Under the pieces are notes generated by a model, which had not been told where the DNA came from, did not search any database, and saw only the letters and a list, made by a program, of their open reading frames with translations. From contig CM075995.1 in NCBI GenBank assembly GCA_038087875.1, positions 7,132,001-7,196,000 on the forward strand: DNA of 64,000 nt, written 5' to 3'. The position numbers were made by a program, and so were the translations under genes. Below, one piece after another: positions 23,661 through 35,545 of this stretch. Position 1 is the first letter of the stretch. Each line of letters starts with the position of its first letter. This DNA is from Malacoraja senta. Lineage: Eukaryota.

Positions 23661-24272
23661 AATAGAATAGAATGCCATTTATTGTCATTCAAACATACAA
23701 GATTCAAACAAAATTTCGTTCCTGCAGTCATAACAGCAAAAAAATAAACCAAAACACACAATTAACACAACTCCTCACAAACATCCATCACAGTGAATCT
23801 CCAAACACCTCCTCACTGTGACAGAAGGCAAACGTCTTATCTCTTCCCTGTTCCCTCAGTGCCCATTCCTCACCCGCAGTCAAGCAGCCAAACTGCTGCA
23901 TCGAGCTGATCGAGGCTCCTGATGTTAGATGTTAGAGCCCCCCTCCCCCCCCCCCCCCGCACCGGGCGATGTAAGGCCCCGCTCCGGGTCGATCGAAACC
24001 CCTTGATTCCGGGCGGGCGAAGTTGCCATTGCGGGAGCTCCGAAAAGCGGTCTCCCACCAGGGACCCGCGAGCTCCCGATGTTACCGTCCACAGGGCCTG
24101 CGGCCGGAGCCTCCGATGCTCCGAAGTCGGGTCGCAGCCGCTCACCACCACAGCTCTCCGCCCTCCGAAGTCGGCCAGCTCCGCGATGGTGAGTCCGCAG
24201 GCTCCGCGACTGGAGCCACCAGGTGGATTCTGGTTGGAGGCCGCCGGCTCCACGATGTTAGGGCCCCAACGA
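23661..24272 (-). mobile_element. CpG-rich non-coding retroposon (family of 61282-62108)
   Basis: Shared body and hairpin 23782-23829; tail gaatgacaataaatggc(attct)n. Confidence 0.65.
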
Positions 24273-25095
24273 CAGGGACAGGGTCGCGGGAGATGTTGCA
24301 TAAGTTGAGCAGATCCAGGAATACATCGGATTTAGCTCTGTAAGAACGTTCCACGAGCCGCTTAGCACTTTTGACAGCTCGTTCAGCCAGCCCATTAGAC
24401 TGTGGATATTCAGGGCTGCTGGTGATGCGGTGAAAATTCCAGTGTCCAGCAAACTCCTTGAATTGTTGGCTGGTGAATTGACTGCCGTTGTCAGTTAGCA
24501 GTCTGCCCTGAGATCCGTGGACTGAAAAGTGGCGAGATAACTTTGAAATCACTCCGCTGGAAGTGGGGCTGCTAAGAAAATCAATGTCAAACCATCCTGA
24601 ATAAGAATCAACAAGCAGCAGGCACTGTTTGCCGTGCCACATCAAATAAATCAGCTGCGACTGTCGACCACGGGAGCGCAGGTACAGGATGTGACAGAAG
24701 TGGTTGATTTTGTTGGTGAGGTGCCAAACTGTTGCACGCTGCACAGGATGCTACATTCTCGGTGATGTATTCGGCCATGCCGGGCCAGTAAAACATGCTT
24801 CTTGCCCGTAAGACAGTAGCTTCAGCGCCTGGGTGCCCTGCATGAACAGCGTTAAAATACTGGTGGTGCAGCGAAGCAGGAACCACAGCCTTGTGTCCTT
24901 TTGAAAGAATGCCATCCGGCTGCACTAGCTCATCACGGACAGCAAAGAAAGGCCGGACTGGCAGCGGAACGTTGTAGTGTTTGTCTGGCCAGCCGCGCTT
25001 AATGACGGAGGTAAGCGACCGTTTGGTAATGTCAGCAGCTGTGTGGGCAACCACGTCGTCCATATAGGACGAGGGGATAAAGGACACAGTCATTG

Positions 25096-26015
25096 TCCTC
25101 CACAGACACCTCTGTCAAGCTTCTCAAGTTTGCGGACGACACAACCCTGATTGGACTGATCCAGGACGGGGAGGAATCTGCCTACAGACAGGAAGTGTCC
25201 CAGCTGGCGTCCTGGTGCCATCGCAACAACCTGGAGCTCAATGCTCTTAAGACAGTGGAATTGATTGTAGACTTTAGGAGAGCTCCCCCTCCCCTCACCC
25301 CACTCACCATCAACAACACCAGTCACATCTGTGGAGTCTTTTAAGTTCCTGGGAACCATCATCTCCAAGGACCTTAAGTGGGGGGCTACCATCGACTCCA
25401 CAGTCAAAAAGGCACAACAGAGGATGTACTTCCTACGGCAACTGAGGAAGCACAATCTGCCACAGGCAATGATGGTCCAATTCTACACGGCCATCGTAGA
25501 GTCTGTCCTCACCTTCTCCATCATGGTCTGGTTTGGCTCAGCCACCAAGCACGACACCTGGAGGTTGCAGCGAACTGTCCGATCAGCAGAGAAGGTTATT
25601 GGCTGCAACCTTCCCTCCATTGATGAACTGTACACTGCAAGGGCCAGGAAGCGAGCGGGCAAGATCATCTCTGACCCCTCTCACCCTGGCCACAAACTCT
25701 TTGAATCACTTCCCTCTGGAAGGTGACTCCGGACTGTCAAAGCTGCCGCAGCCAGACATAAAAACAGTTTTTATCCACGAGTAGCTGCTCTACTCAACAG
25801 CCAAAAATCTGCAGCCTCCCTTTGATCAGGTATTTTGTTGGTTCACATGCTTGATCAATGGTGTTTTATCATTAATGTTTTATTATTATTAATGTGTAGT
25901 GTTTTCTGAGTCATTCGTAGCTGTCACTGTATGTCATGTTGTTACTTGTGGGCGGAGCACCAAGGCAAATTCCTTGTATGTGAATACTTGGCCAATAAAC
26001 TTACTTACTTACTTA
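25096..26015 (+). pseudogene. Rex1/Babar LINE 3' part nested in Gypsy pol
   Basis: STDTSVKLLKFADDTTLIGLI..AQQRMYFLRQL..HPGH; (actt)n tail; same family as 15820-17061. Confidence 0.92.
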
Positions 26016-26389
26016 CAATAAAATTGTCATCCGGCGAGGGCGGATCCTCGCAGGTCTTCCGGGGTGCCCGCGAAAGAGTGTCAGCCAGGTGCATATCCTT
26101 ACCGCGTTTGTGGATCAGAACAATGTCATATTTTTGAAGTCGCAGCAACATCCGCTGTAGGCGCGCTGGAGAGGCGTGGATTTGGTTTGTTGAAAATGCT
26201 GATCAGAGGTTGGTGGTCAGTTTCAATTGTGACTGTGTGACCAAAAATGAAATAGTGGAATTTCTTGCAGGCAAAAACAACCGCTAGCAGCTCTTTCTCA
26301 ATTTGGGCATATCGTTGTTCTGTGTCAGTCATGGTGCGCGAGGCATACGCAACAGGCTTATTGCCGTCCAAGTGGAGGCGCGGGTTCGG

Positions 26390-26407
26390 AACCCACTTCT
26401 GACACCA
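26390..26407 (-). promoter_or_regulatory. Primer-binding site complementary to the tRNA-Leu 3' end
   Basis: TGGTGTCAGAAGTGGG immediately after the LTR end ...CAACA. Confidence 0.85.
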
Positions 26408-26586
26408 TGTTGTGTTTCGGCTGTTGTAAATAACTGGCCTTACACCATGATAAAGGTCCAAAGACGTTATTAACAACATAGCAAATATGACTTCATACTT
26501 GCACGTCTCTCTAATTCTAAGGGAACCAGGCATGGAGGGTTACTGTAAAGCTAGTGGGCGTAACTACAAAAGCATGACTCATAACA
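26408..26586 (-). repeat. Gypsy 5' LTR (~179 bp)
   Basis: TGTTATG...CACAACA inverted termini, abutting the PBS. Confidence 0.75.
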
Positions 26587-26599
26587 TGAGTGACACTGA

Positions 26600-26793
26600 T
26601 CTACACTAACCAATTAACCTACAAACCTGTACATCTTTGGAGTGTGGGAGGAAACCGAAGATCTCGGCGAAAACCCACGCAGGTCATGGGGAGAACATAC
26701 AAACTCCATACAGACATCACCGGTAGTCGGGGTCGAACCCGGGTCTCTGGTGCTATTGGGCAGCAATTCTACCGCTGCGCCACTGTGCCGCCC
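26600..26793 (-). mobile_element. HE1-like V-SINE 5' part
   Basis: A/B boxes and V-domain. Confidence 0.85.
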
Positions 26794-26974
26794 TTGGCAA
26801 GTGTGACAGTGAATGGGATCGTTTATCAGCATTAGTATTATTTTTATAAAAAGGCTGTCAGTGAACATGTGCAGTAAATATTGGAATGCGCGCCTTCAGA
26901 GTTTCCTGCATTAAATGAGAAATAAATCCCAACACTGAATTATCAATCCATGTGGAGGCAGCAGAGAGCAACAC

Positions 26975-27272
26975 TTGGGTTGACACACTGGTCAACCTGA
27001 GGAGCACCTTCAGCAACAGACTGGTTCCACCAAGATGCAGCACAGAACGCCACAGGAGATCCTTCTTCCCTGTGGCTATCAAACTGTACAACTCCTCCCC
27101 CTTCTGTCGTGGGGTAGACTGACTCCCCTCCCCCCCCCCCCCCCCAAATCTTTGCACGTCCCCAATCCCTTCCACTCATCACTTTACTTTCCTGTTTAAA
27201 TGTATCTTGTGTTTTATGACTGTTGGCAGATCAACTTTCCACTTGGAATAAATAAAGTTCTATCGTATTGTA
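26975..27272 (+). mobile_element. Rex1-type LINE extreme 3' fragment
   Basis: RSTFSNRLVPPRCSTERHRRSFFPVAIKLYN; aataaa tail. Confidence 0.8.
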
Positions 27273-27301
27273 GCCACTGTGCACAAGAAGAACGACATTC
27301 T

Positions 27302-27520
27302 GATAGGCACAAAATGCTGGAGTAACTCAGCGGGACAGGCAGCGTCTCTGGGGAGAAGGAATGGGTGAAGTTTCGGGTCGAGTCCGCTGATCGGAAGAAG
27401 GGTCCCGACCCGAAACGTCACCCATTTCCTTCTCTCCAGAGACGCTGCCTGTCCCGCCGGGTTGCTCCAGCATTTTGTGCCTATCTTCGGTTTGGTTCAG
27501 CATCTGCAGTTCCTTCCTGC
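27302..27520. repeat. Fold-back (inverted) pair of Penelope terminal repeats
   Basis: gataggcacaaaatgctggag...ctccagcattttgtgcctatc arms. Confidence 0.85.
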
Positions 27521-27539
27521 GCCAGAACAACATCTTGAG

Positions 27540-27948
27540 TGACAATAGACAATAGACAATAGGTGCAGGAGTAGGCCATTCGCCCCTTCGGCCATTCAAT
27601 GTGATCATGGCTGACCATCCCCAATCAGTACCCCGTTCCTGCCTTCTCCCCATATCCCCTGACTCCGCTATTTTTAAGAGCCCTATCTAGCTCTCTCTTG
27701 AAAGCATCCAGAGAACCGGCCTCAACCGCCCTCTGAGGCAGAGAATTCCACAGACTCACCACTCTCTGTGAGAAAAAGTGTTTCCTCGTCTCCGTTCTAA
27801 ATGGCTTCCTCCTTATTCTTAAACTGTGGCCCCTGGTTCTGGACTCCCCCAACATCGGGAACATGTTTCCTGCCCCTAGCGTGTCCAAACCCTTAACAAT
27901 CTTATATGTTTCAATGAGAATACCTCCCATCCTTCTAAACTCCAGAGT
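27540..27948 (-). mobile_element. CR1/HER1 3' fragment
   Basis: TLEFRRM..LIETYKIVKGLDTL..GYGEKAGTGY. Confidence 0.88.
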
Positions 27949-28861
27949 GCTTTCAGAATGATGCGTGAGCCATTGGGGAGAAACATCGTGGTAGACAGCA
28001 ATGGAAACATCTTTCTCAGCATTAATGTTTCGGAAGATTAATGTCACCTTCGCCTAGCTAACAATGATCTTTTCTACAGTCTCCTTGATCCTCATCCCCT
28101 TTGTTGTCTTGTTTTCACACCTTGCCCTTCCATATCTCTCCGTCTCCATCTCCCCTGACTCTCAGTCTGAAGAAGGGCCTCGACCCGACACGTCACCCAT
28201 TCCTTCTCTCCAGAGATGCTGCCTGTCCCACTGAGTTACTCCGGCATTTTGTGTCCGCTAGCTCAGCATTAACTGAGGTGTAGGTTTTGGATTCTTATTG
28301 CCACGTGTACCGAGGTACAGTGTCATAGTCATAGAGTGATACAGTGTGGACACAGGCCCTTCGGCCCATCTTGCCCACACCGGCCAACATGTCCCAACTA
28401 CACTAGTCCCACCTGCCCGCGTTTGGCCCATATCCCTCCAAACCTGTCCTATCCATGTACCTTAAATGTTGGGATGGTCCCTGCCTCAACTACCTCCTCT
28501 GGAAGCTTGCTCCATACACCCACCCCCCCCTTTGTGTGAAAAAGTTACCCCTCAGATTCCTATTAAGTGAGAAAGTGAGAAAGCTTTGATTTGCGTCCTA
28601 TCCAAACTGATAAGGTATATACAGTACATTAATGCAACCGGCTCAAACTCAAGTACAATAGTTAGAGCAAAGGGGAAGATTCAGAGTGCAGAATATAGTT
28701 CTCAGCATTGTAGTGGAAAATCTTGTGCAATACATAAGGTGCTGGAAGAAATCACCAAGTCAGGCAGCATCTGCGGAGGGAAATAGTTTAATTGAGAGAT
28801 ACAGCACGGAAACAGGCCCATCGGCCCAATTCGCATATCAACACTACCCTGCACACCCTAA

Positions 28862-29383
28862 AGGGGCTGTCCCACTTGGGCGACCTAATTGGCGAGTTTA
28901 GAAGAGTTTAGGAGAGTTTGAAAAAATGTCATGTTGAAGACCTCCTTCGACTATGTTGAAGACCTCCTTCAACTATGTTGAAGACTAGCTACGACTAACT
29001 TCGGGAAAATTGGACACCGAATAGTGGGGAGTGAAGACGACCTCCTTCGACCTCCCTTCGACTATGATGAAGTCTATCTACGACTGCCCTGGATTACCTA
29101 CGACTAACATGCCGACCTACTACGACCTACTACGACTAAACCTACGAGTAAAAAAAGTATCGATTTTTACCATGGCGACCTTTTTTTACTCGCGGGCATT
29201 TTTCAGCATGTTGAAAAATACGCCGCGACCTAGCTGAGGCCTCGAGTACGCGGGGACCACTCTCGAGCATGAAGGAGAGTTACGAAGACCTCCTACAACC
29301 TCGTGTCGACCATGCTGCGAGTATGAGTCGAGGGCAAACTCGCCAGAACTCGCGGATTAGGTCGCCCAAATGGGACAGCTCCT
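28862..29383. mobile_element. PIF/Harbinger-type MITE with (cgacta/cgacct)n interior
   Basis: TIRs AGGGGCTGTCCCACTTGGGCGACCTAAT / ATTAGGTCGCCCAAATGGGACAGCTCCT; TAA TSD on both sides. Confidence 0.88.
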
Positions 29384-29511
29384 TAACACCCTTTGACACT
29401 GCCCTGCACCCTGAAGAAGGGTCTCTACCCGAAACGTCACCCATTTCCTCTCTCCAGAGTTGCTGCCTGTCCCGCTGAGTTACTCCAGAATTTTGTGTCA
29501 ATTTGCTTTAT

Positions 29512-29930
29512 TCTCCGTGGATCGTCACCTTGTCGTGGTGGAGAAGCTTGTCGTGGTGGAGAAGATCTTGAGAGCGATGCCGTCTGGAGCTATGCTCCTG
29601 GTAGGGCCACCCATGGCGGTAAAGTCGAGGGGGAGGTCCCTGACAAAGAGCAATCCAACCAAGACCTCAACGGTGGAACAGGCGGAGGACGATGATGGCT
29701 GACTTTAGTGGAGCGTCACAACGGCTGGGAAGGCGGATGAAGGCTGCAGCAGAAAAGGGTCTCCGGTCGTCTTGGACTCCATGCCACTGGATCCTGACCC
29801 GGATCTGTCAAGGACCCCAGTGGGGTGGCTGTCTGTGCACCAGTCTCCCCACGTTAAACAAAGTCATGCACAGGCGTCCCCCAACCCTGGTGACACGCAA
29901 TGGTCAGCCACGACCGAAGGGGGCCTAAGA
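29512..29930 (+). mobile_element. RTE-derived non-autonomous element (Bov-A/Sauria-like 5' region)
   Basis: caccttgtcgtggtggag..agggccaccca..ctgacaaa motifs typical of RTE 5' UTRs. Confidence 0.65.
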
Positions 29931-30039
29931 AGCAGAAACGTTATTATCACATCTATCCAGCTATATAATAGAATTCTGTTGCTATTTGCTTTAATTATTG
30001 ATAACATCTAAGCAGCTCCTTCGAGCAAACACAGCTCAC

Positions 30040-30080
30040 ATATGGTGATATCTTAGTGAAGCAATATATCCTATACATGG
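30040..30080 (-). CDS. Speculative 41-nt exon
   Basis: ctctatacagtctgtttag acceptor and CATAT|gtgagc donor in a unique island. Confidence 0.22.
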
Positions 30081-30473
30081 CTAAACAGACTGTATAGAGT
30101 TGGATTCCGTGTGATTAAATCTGCTAATGATTCATTTTGCTCCGTGATTCTGAATGTGCTCTGTTTGTGCAGTCCCACACGTTGAAAGATATTCCGTTGC
30201 TTTTTGGATAATGACTACTATTCCTCTGTTCTTTGATGCATTGATGCGTTGACCAGGGAGCTCAAACAAGCTTTGTTTAGCTTAGAGATACTGCATGGGA
30301 AACAGGTCATTCAGCCCGCCGAGTCCACGCCGACCATCGATCGCCCACCCGTTCGCGCTAGTTCCACGTCAACCCACTTTCCACGTCCACTCCCGAACGC
30401 ATCAGGGACATTTTTTACACTGGCCAATTAACCCACAAACCCGCACGTCTGTGAGATGTGGGAGGAAACCGGA

Positions 30474-30890
30474 GGGCGGCACGGTGGCGCAGCGGTAGAG
30501 TTGCTCCCGCACAGTGCCAGAGGCCCCGGTTTGATCCTGACCACGGGTGCTGTCTGTGCGGAGTTTGCACGTTCTCCCCGTGACCTGCGTGGGTTTTGTC
30601 CAGGTGCTCCGGTTTCCTCCCGCACTCCAAAGACGTGTGGGTTTGTAGGTCATTTGGCTTCGGTAAAGACTGTAAAAAAAAATATTTTAATTTTATTAGA
30701 AGCAATTGTACAAGGATAAAACGTTCGGCATCTACAATTATACCATTATTGTACAGCTTCATTTTTAACCTTAGGATAAAGATTGTAAATTGTCCCTGGT
30801 GTGTGTGGAGGATAGTGTTAGTGCGCGGGGATGGCTGGTCGTCACGGACTCGGTGGGCCGAAGGGCCTGTTTCCGCGCTGTATCTCTAAA
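30474..30890 (+). mobile_element. HE1-like V-SINE with an AT-rich internal insert
   Basis: Complete head and V-domain; insert ~30680-30776 between taaaga(c/t)tgtaaa direct repeats. Confidence 0.85.
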
Positions 30891-31004
30891 CACCCGGAGG
30901 AAACCCATGTGATCATAGGGAGAAGGTGCAATCACCACCCATTCAGTAGCCGAGGTCAGGATCGAACCCGGGTCTCTGACGCTGAGAGGCTGCGCCACTG
31001 GCCG

Positions 31005-31290
31005 CACTTCACACCCACCATCCTCATCTCTGGGCGAAGGGGCGTGGGTAGAGCAGAGGATGTCCTGGTTGGGTTTGCTCCTGGGCCTGGCCAAGCTGGC
31101 CATCCGCGAGTCACGGCGCCAGGCGGAAGGGAGGGCTCTGTCCGAGCCGGCTGCCTGCCCCTTTTCCGGGGTCACGTCCGCGCCCGGGTGTCCCTCGTAA
31201 AGGAACATGCGGTGCCCACGGGCACCATGGAGGGGTTCCGGGAGCGCTGGGCACTGCGGGGGTGTCGAATGCATCCGGGAACAGGATATT
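31005..31290 (+). pseudogene. Tx1/L1-clade ORF2 C-terminal fragment
   Basis: HFTPTILI.G..LLGLAKLAIRESR..LFRGHVRARVSL..FRERWA (frameshifted). Confidence 0.75.
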
Positions 31291-32367
31291 GTGGTATGGA
31301 ACCTTGTTATGGTGTTTCTCACATGTACCGAGGTACAGTGAAATTGAAGATAGACACAAAATGCTGGAATAACGCAGCGGGTGAGGCAGCATCTACGGAG
31401 CGAAGGAATAGGTGACGTTTCGGGTGGAGACCCTTCTTCAGTCGCCTATTCCATCGCTCCGTAGATGCTGCCTCACCCGCTGAGTTACTCCAGCATTTTT
31501 GTCTACCTTCGATTTTTCCAGCATCTGCAGTTCTTTCTTAAACATAGAAAGGGAAAAGTCACCCATTCCTTCTCCAGAGACACTGCCTGTCCCGCTGAGT
31601 TACTCCAGCATTTTGTGTCTATCTTCGGTTTAAACCAGCATCTGCAGTTCCTTCCTACACAGAAATTCATTTTTTTGTGTACACAGTTCGGTACAAGTAT
31701 CACTATATACAGGAGCACTTAGACACATCTTAGATAAGCATCTCAGATCCAGTACAAGTGTACAGCAGCGGTACACTCAGACAGTAGAGAGTCGCCAGTT
31801 TGGCACCATTTTCAAGTCCCAGTTTTTTGTAAGTGCAGGGATCTTGGCCTGACCGTGAAGGCCCTTTGTCATGGCGACGTGGCAGGGTCGGCCTGGCCAA
31901 GCGTGGCTGCGGTGTCCTCTGCCGCTGCTCCACCGCTGTAAGCTACGTCCGGGCCAGGCGCTTGGCCTCTTGGAGGGGCGCCCAGTCCAGCCGAGCTCCA
32001 AACGATAGTTAGTGTAGGAAGAAACTGCAGATGCTGGTTTAAAGCGAAGGATCTGTCTCGACTCCTTCTCTCCAGAGATGCTGCCTGTCCTGCTGAGCTA
32101 CTCCAGCTTTTTGTGAATAACTTCTCAAAAAATTATTATTTAATACTTAGTATTTAGAATATTTGGTAATTTTTGTATTTGGTGGTGGGTTTGTTGGTAT
32201 TGTTTTGTTAATATATTATTGTTGCAAATAATTGAATTAATTTATTTTTGGTTAAAAAAACCTGTTCTGCACATTTGATAACCAATTCAGGATTCAAGGG
32301 AAGCTAACATCCTGATCACAGATTATCAACAGCAGTTTGGTAGATCATTACTTGTAGACTGATTTAC

Positions 32368-32757
32368 ATAGAAACATAGAAAATAGGTGCAGGAGTAGGC
32401 CATTCAGCCCTTCGAGCCAGCACCGCCATTCGATATGATCATGGCTGATCATCCAAAATCAGTACCCCGTTCCTGCCTTCTCCCTATATCCCTTGATTCC
32501 ATTAGCCCTAAGAGCTAAATCTAACTCTCTCTTGAAAACATCCAGTGAATTGGCCTCCACTGCCTTCTGTGGCAGAGAATTCCACAGATTCACAACTCTC
32601 TGGGTGAAAAGGTTTTTCCTCATCTCAGTCCTCAATGTCCTACCCCTTATTCTTAAACTGTGTGATCCCTGGTTCTGGACTCCCCCAACATCGGGAATAT
32701 TTTTCCTGCATCTAGCCTGTCCAATCCCTTAAGAATTTTATATGTTTCCATAAGATT
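32368..32757 (-). mobile_element. CR1/HER1 3' fragment
   Basis: CR1 C-terminal coding relic and (tttctatg)n tail. Confidence 0.85.
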
Positions 32758-32907
32758 TAGTATCACAAGTGTAACCAACTTGGCAAATGTGAATGGGATC
32801 ATTTATCATTTAAGGTAGACAAAAATGCTGGAGAAACACAGCGGGTGAGGCAGCATCTATGGTGCGAAGGAAATAGGCAACGTATCGGGTCGAAACCCTT
32901 TTATCAT

Positions 32908-33230
32908 TTAGTTTAGTTTAGTTTATTTTAGAGACACAATGTGGAAACGGGCCCTTCACCCCACCGAGTCCGCACCAACCAGCGATCACCCCGTCCACAT
33001 GCGCCACCCTGCACACATGAGGGACAATTGACAATTTTTACTGAAGCCAATTAACCCAAAAACCCGCACGACTTTGGAGCGTGGGACGAAACCGGAGCAC
33101 CCGGAGAAAACCCACGCGGTCACGTGGAGAACGCGCAAACTCCGTACAGACAAGCACCCATAGTCAGGATCGAACCTGGGTCTCTGGCGCTGTGAGGCAG
33201 CAGCTCTACCGCTACGTCACCGTGGCACCC
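32908..33230 (-). mobile_element. HE1-like V-SINE, full length
   Basis: Head, B box ggttcgatcc, V-domain, (ctaaa)n tail. Confidence 0.88.
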
Positions 33231-33267
33231 TCTTCTTCGCCAGCTGAGTAGTGGTGCTTCAAAGTAC

Positions 33268-33315
33268 CTTGAATAGCGCCAATGTACCGATCGGCACTAT
33301 GTTTGAACCAACACC
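33268..33315 (-). CDS. Speculative 48-nt symmetric exon
   Basis: ttcttgttaatcacag acceptor and CAAG|gtactt donor; unique island of ~100 bp between repeats. Confidence 0.25.
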
Positions 33316-33763
33316 CTGTGATTAACAAGAATGTCTGAAGAAGGGTCCCGACCCGAAACTTCCCGAAACTTCACCTGTCCGTCTTCTCAGGAATGCCACT
33401 TGACCTGCTGAATCACATCACTTTGTGTCCTTTTGTGTATTAACCGGCATTTACAGTTCCTTGTATTCTGAAAGAAAACGCCTTGTCCCAATTTTGTCCC
33501 AATAACCAGGAATGCCCATAAAAGAAAAATAATGTAAACTAACCAAAAAATGACCTGCAACGTCACCTATTTCCATCGCTCCATAGACGCTGCCTCACCC
33601 GCTGAGTTTCTCCAGCATTTTTGTCTACCTTCGATTTTTCCAGCATCTGCAGTTCTTTCTTAAAGAAAACCTCATGAGAGAAATACCAAGATTAGGGGGA
33701 TTGAGATGCAGAGTACTTAGGTTTAAGGTGAGGGGGGGGTGGGGGGAGATTTAATAGGAAGAT

Positions 33764-34322
33764 CATGTCATGTGATAGGAGCAGAATTAGGTCATTCGAC
33801 CCATCAAGTCTACTCTGCCATACAATCACAGCTGATCTATCTCTCCCTGCTAACCCTATTCTTCTGTCTTCTCCCCATAACCTCTGACACCCGCACTAAT
33901 CAAGAATCTATCCATCTCTGCCTTAAATATATCCACTGACTTGGCCTCCACAGCCTTCTGTGGCAAAGAATTCCACAGACTCACCACCCTCTGACTAAAG
34001 AAATTCCTCCTCATCTCCTTCCGAAAAGAACGTTCTTTAATTTTGAGGCTGTGCCCTCTGGTCCTAGACTCTCCCACTCGGGGAAACATCCTCTCCACAT
34101 CCACTCTATCCAAACCTTTCACTATTCTGTACGTTTCAATGAGGCCCCCCCCCCCCCCCCCCCTCATTCTTCTAAACTCCAGCCAGTACAGGCCCAGTGC
34201 CGACAAACGCTCATCGTATGTTAACCTGCTCATTCCTGGGATCATTCTCGTAAACCTCCTCTGGACCCTCTCCAGAGACGGCACATCCTTCCTCAGATAC
34301 GGGGCCCAAAATGGCTCACAGT
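33764..34322 (-). pseudogene. CR1/HER1 ORF2 3' fragment
   Basis: FWAPYLRKDV..LERVQRRFTRMIPG..RVVSLWNSLPQKAVEA. Confidence 0.9.
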
Positions 34323-34759
34323 ATGTGGTCCCGACATGCGGCCTCGTGTATATCGGCGAGACCAAGCGTAGATTCGGCGACCATTACTTCTAAACTCCAG
34401 CGAGTACACGCCCAGTGCCGACAAATGCTCATCATATGTTGACCTACTCATTCCTCCATACAGACAGCACCCATAGTCAGGATCGAATCTGGGTCTCTGG
34501 CGCTGTGAGGCATCAGCTCTACCGCTGCGCCACCATGCCGCCCAGATCCAAAATCATTTTCCCGAGTTCAGCATTTTTAGGACTTTGTGTTCCTCTGCTG
34601 GAGATTTTAAAAAGTGACAGATTGGTACAGAGTCTTTGAAACGATAATGGTTCAATGTTTCATTGATACCTTATTGTCACGTGTACCTAGGTACGGTAAA
34701 ATTCCTGTCTTGCATAAAGTTCTCACAGTAGATAAGCACAATCATACTCGAGTACACGT

Positions 34760-35013
34760 GGGGTGGGAGATTGCAACCTTCACGTGGGGTGGGAGATTGC
34801 AACCTTCACGTGGGGTGGGAGATTGCAACCTTCACGTGGGGTGGGAGATTGCAACCTTCACGTGGGGTGGGAGATTGCAACCTTCACGTGGGGTGGGAGA
34901 TTGCAACCTTCACGTGGGGTGGGAGATTGCAACCTTCACGTGGGGTGGGAGATTGCAACCTTCACGTGGGGTGGGAGATTGCAACCTTCACGTGGGGTGG
35001 GAGATTGCAACCT
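34760..35013 (+). repeat. Perfect 26-bp minisatellite (GGGGTGGGAGATTGCAACCTTCACGT), 9 full units plus a partial tenth
   Basis: Direct reading; no spacers. Confidence 0.97.
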
Positions 35014-35128
35014 CTGTTTCGACGAATGCAATCAACCCGGCGTGCACAATCAAATAAGATCAAATAGAACAAGTTGTCCTACAACTTTAGGCTGTGCACG
35101 CCATACGCAAGAAGAAGAAGAAGAAGAA
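34760..35128 (+). mobile_element. Second copy of the 145-nt ribozyme-headed retroposon, 5' end expanded into a tandem array
   Basis: 3' part ctgtttcgacgaatgcaatc..gccatacgca(aga)n matches 22173-22283; approximate TSD tacacgt/tacaagt. Confidence 0.88.
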
Positions 35129-35545
35129 TACAAGTGTGGAGGAAGAGAAGATTACACTGAGGTCTGAAGAAGGGTCTCGACTCGAAACGTCACCCGTTCC
35201 TTCTACCCAGAGATGCTCCAACACTTTGTGTCTATTACTTTGAGGCAATAGTTTAGTTCTATCCTACACACTAGGGCTAGTTTTACCAATTCACCTGTGC
35301 ATCATAGAGTGATACAGTGTGGAAACAGTCCATTCGGCCCAACTTGCCCACACCGGTCAACATGTCCCAGCTACACTAGCCCCTCCTGCCTGCGTTTGGT
35401 CCATATCCCTCCAAACCTGTCCTATCCAAGAACCTGGCTAACTGTTTCTTAAATGTTGGAATAATCCTAGCCTCAACTACCTCCTCTGGCAGCTTGTTCC
35501 ATACACCCACCACCCTTTGTGTGAAAAGGTTACTCCTCAGATTTT

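Larger units (their letters stand above)
24273..26586 (-). mobile_element. Gypsy LTR retrotransposon relic: 5' LTR, PBS, RNase H, integrase; gag/PR/RT deleted
   Basis: PVAYASR..EQRYAQIEKELLA..TDHQPL; H.GHPG..YWPGM..C..C; VDSYSGW..TDNGSQF..PQSNGLAERAVK. Confidence 0.93.

Noticed and set aside
20127..26904. Additional minus-strand acceptors near 20178 and 26904
   Set aside because: Weak or absent donors, and phases that do not fit the other candidate exons.
34760..35013. CRISPR-like or repeat-protein ORFs in the 26-bp array
   Set aside because: No spacers, eukaryotic context; the ORFs arise only because the unit lacks stop codons on this strand.
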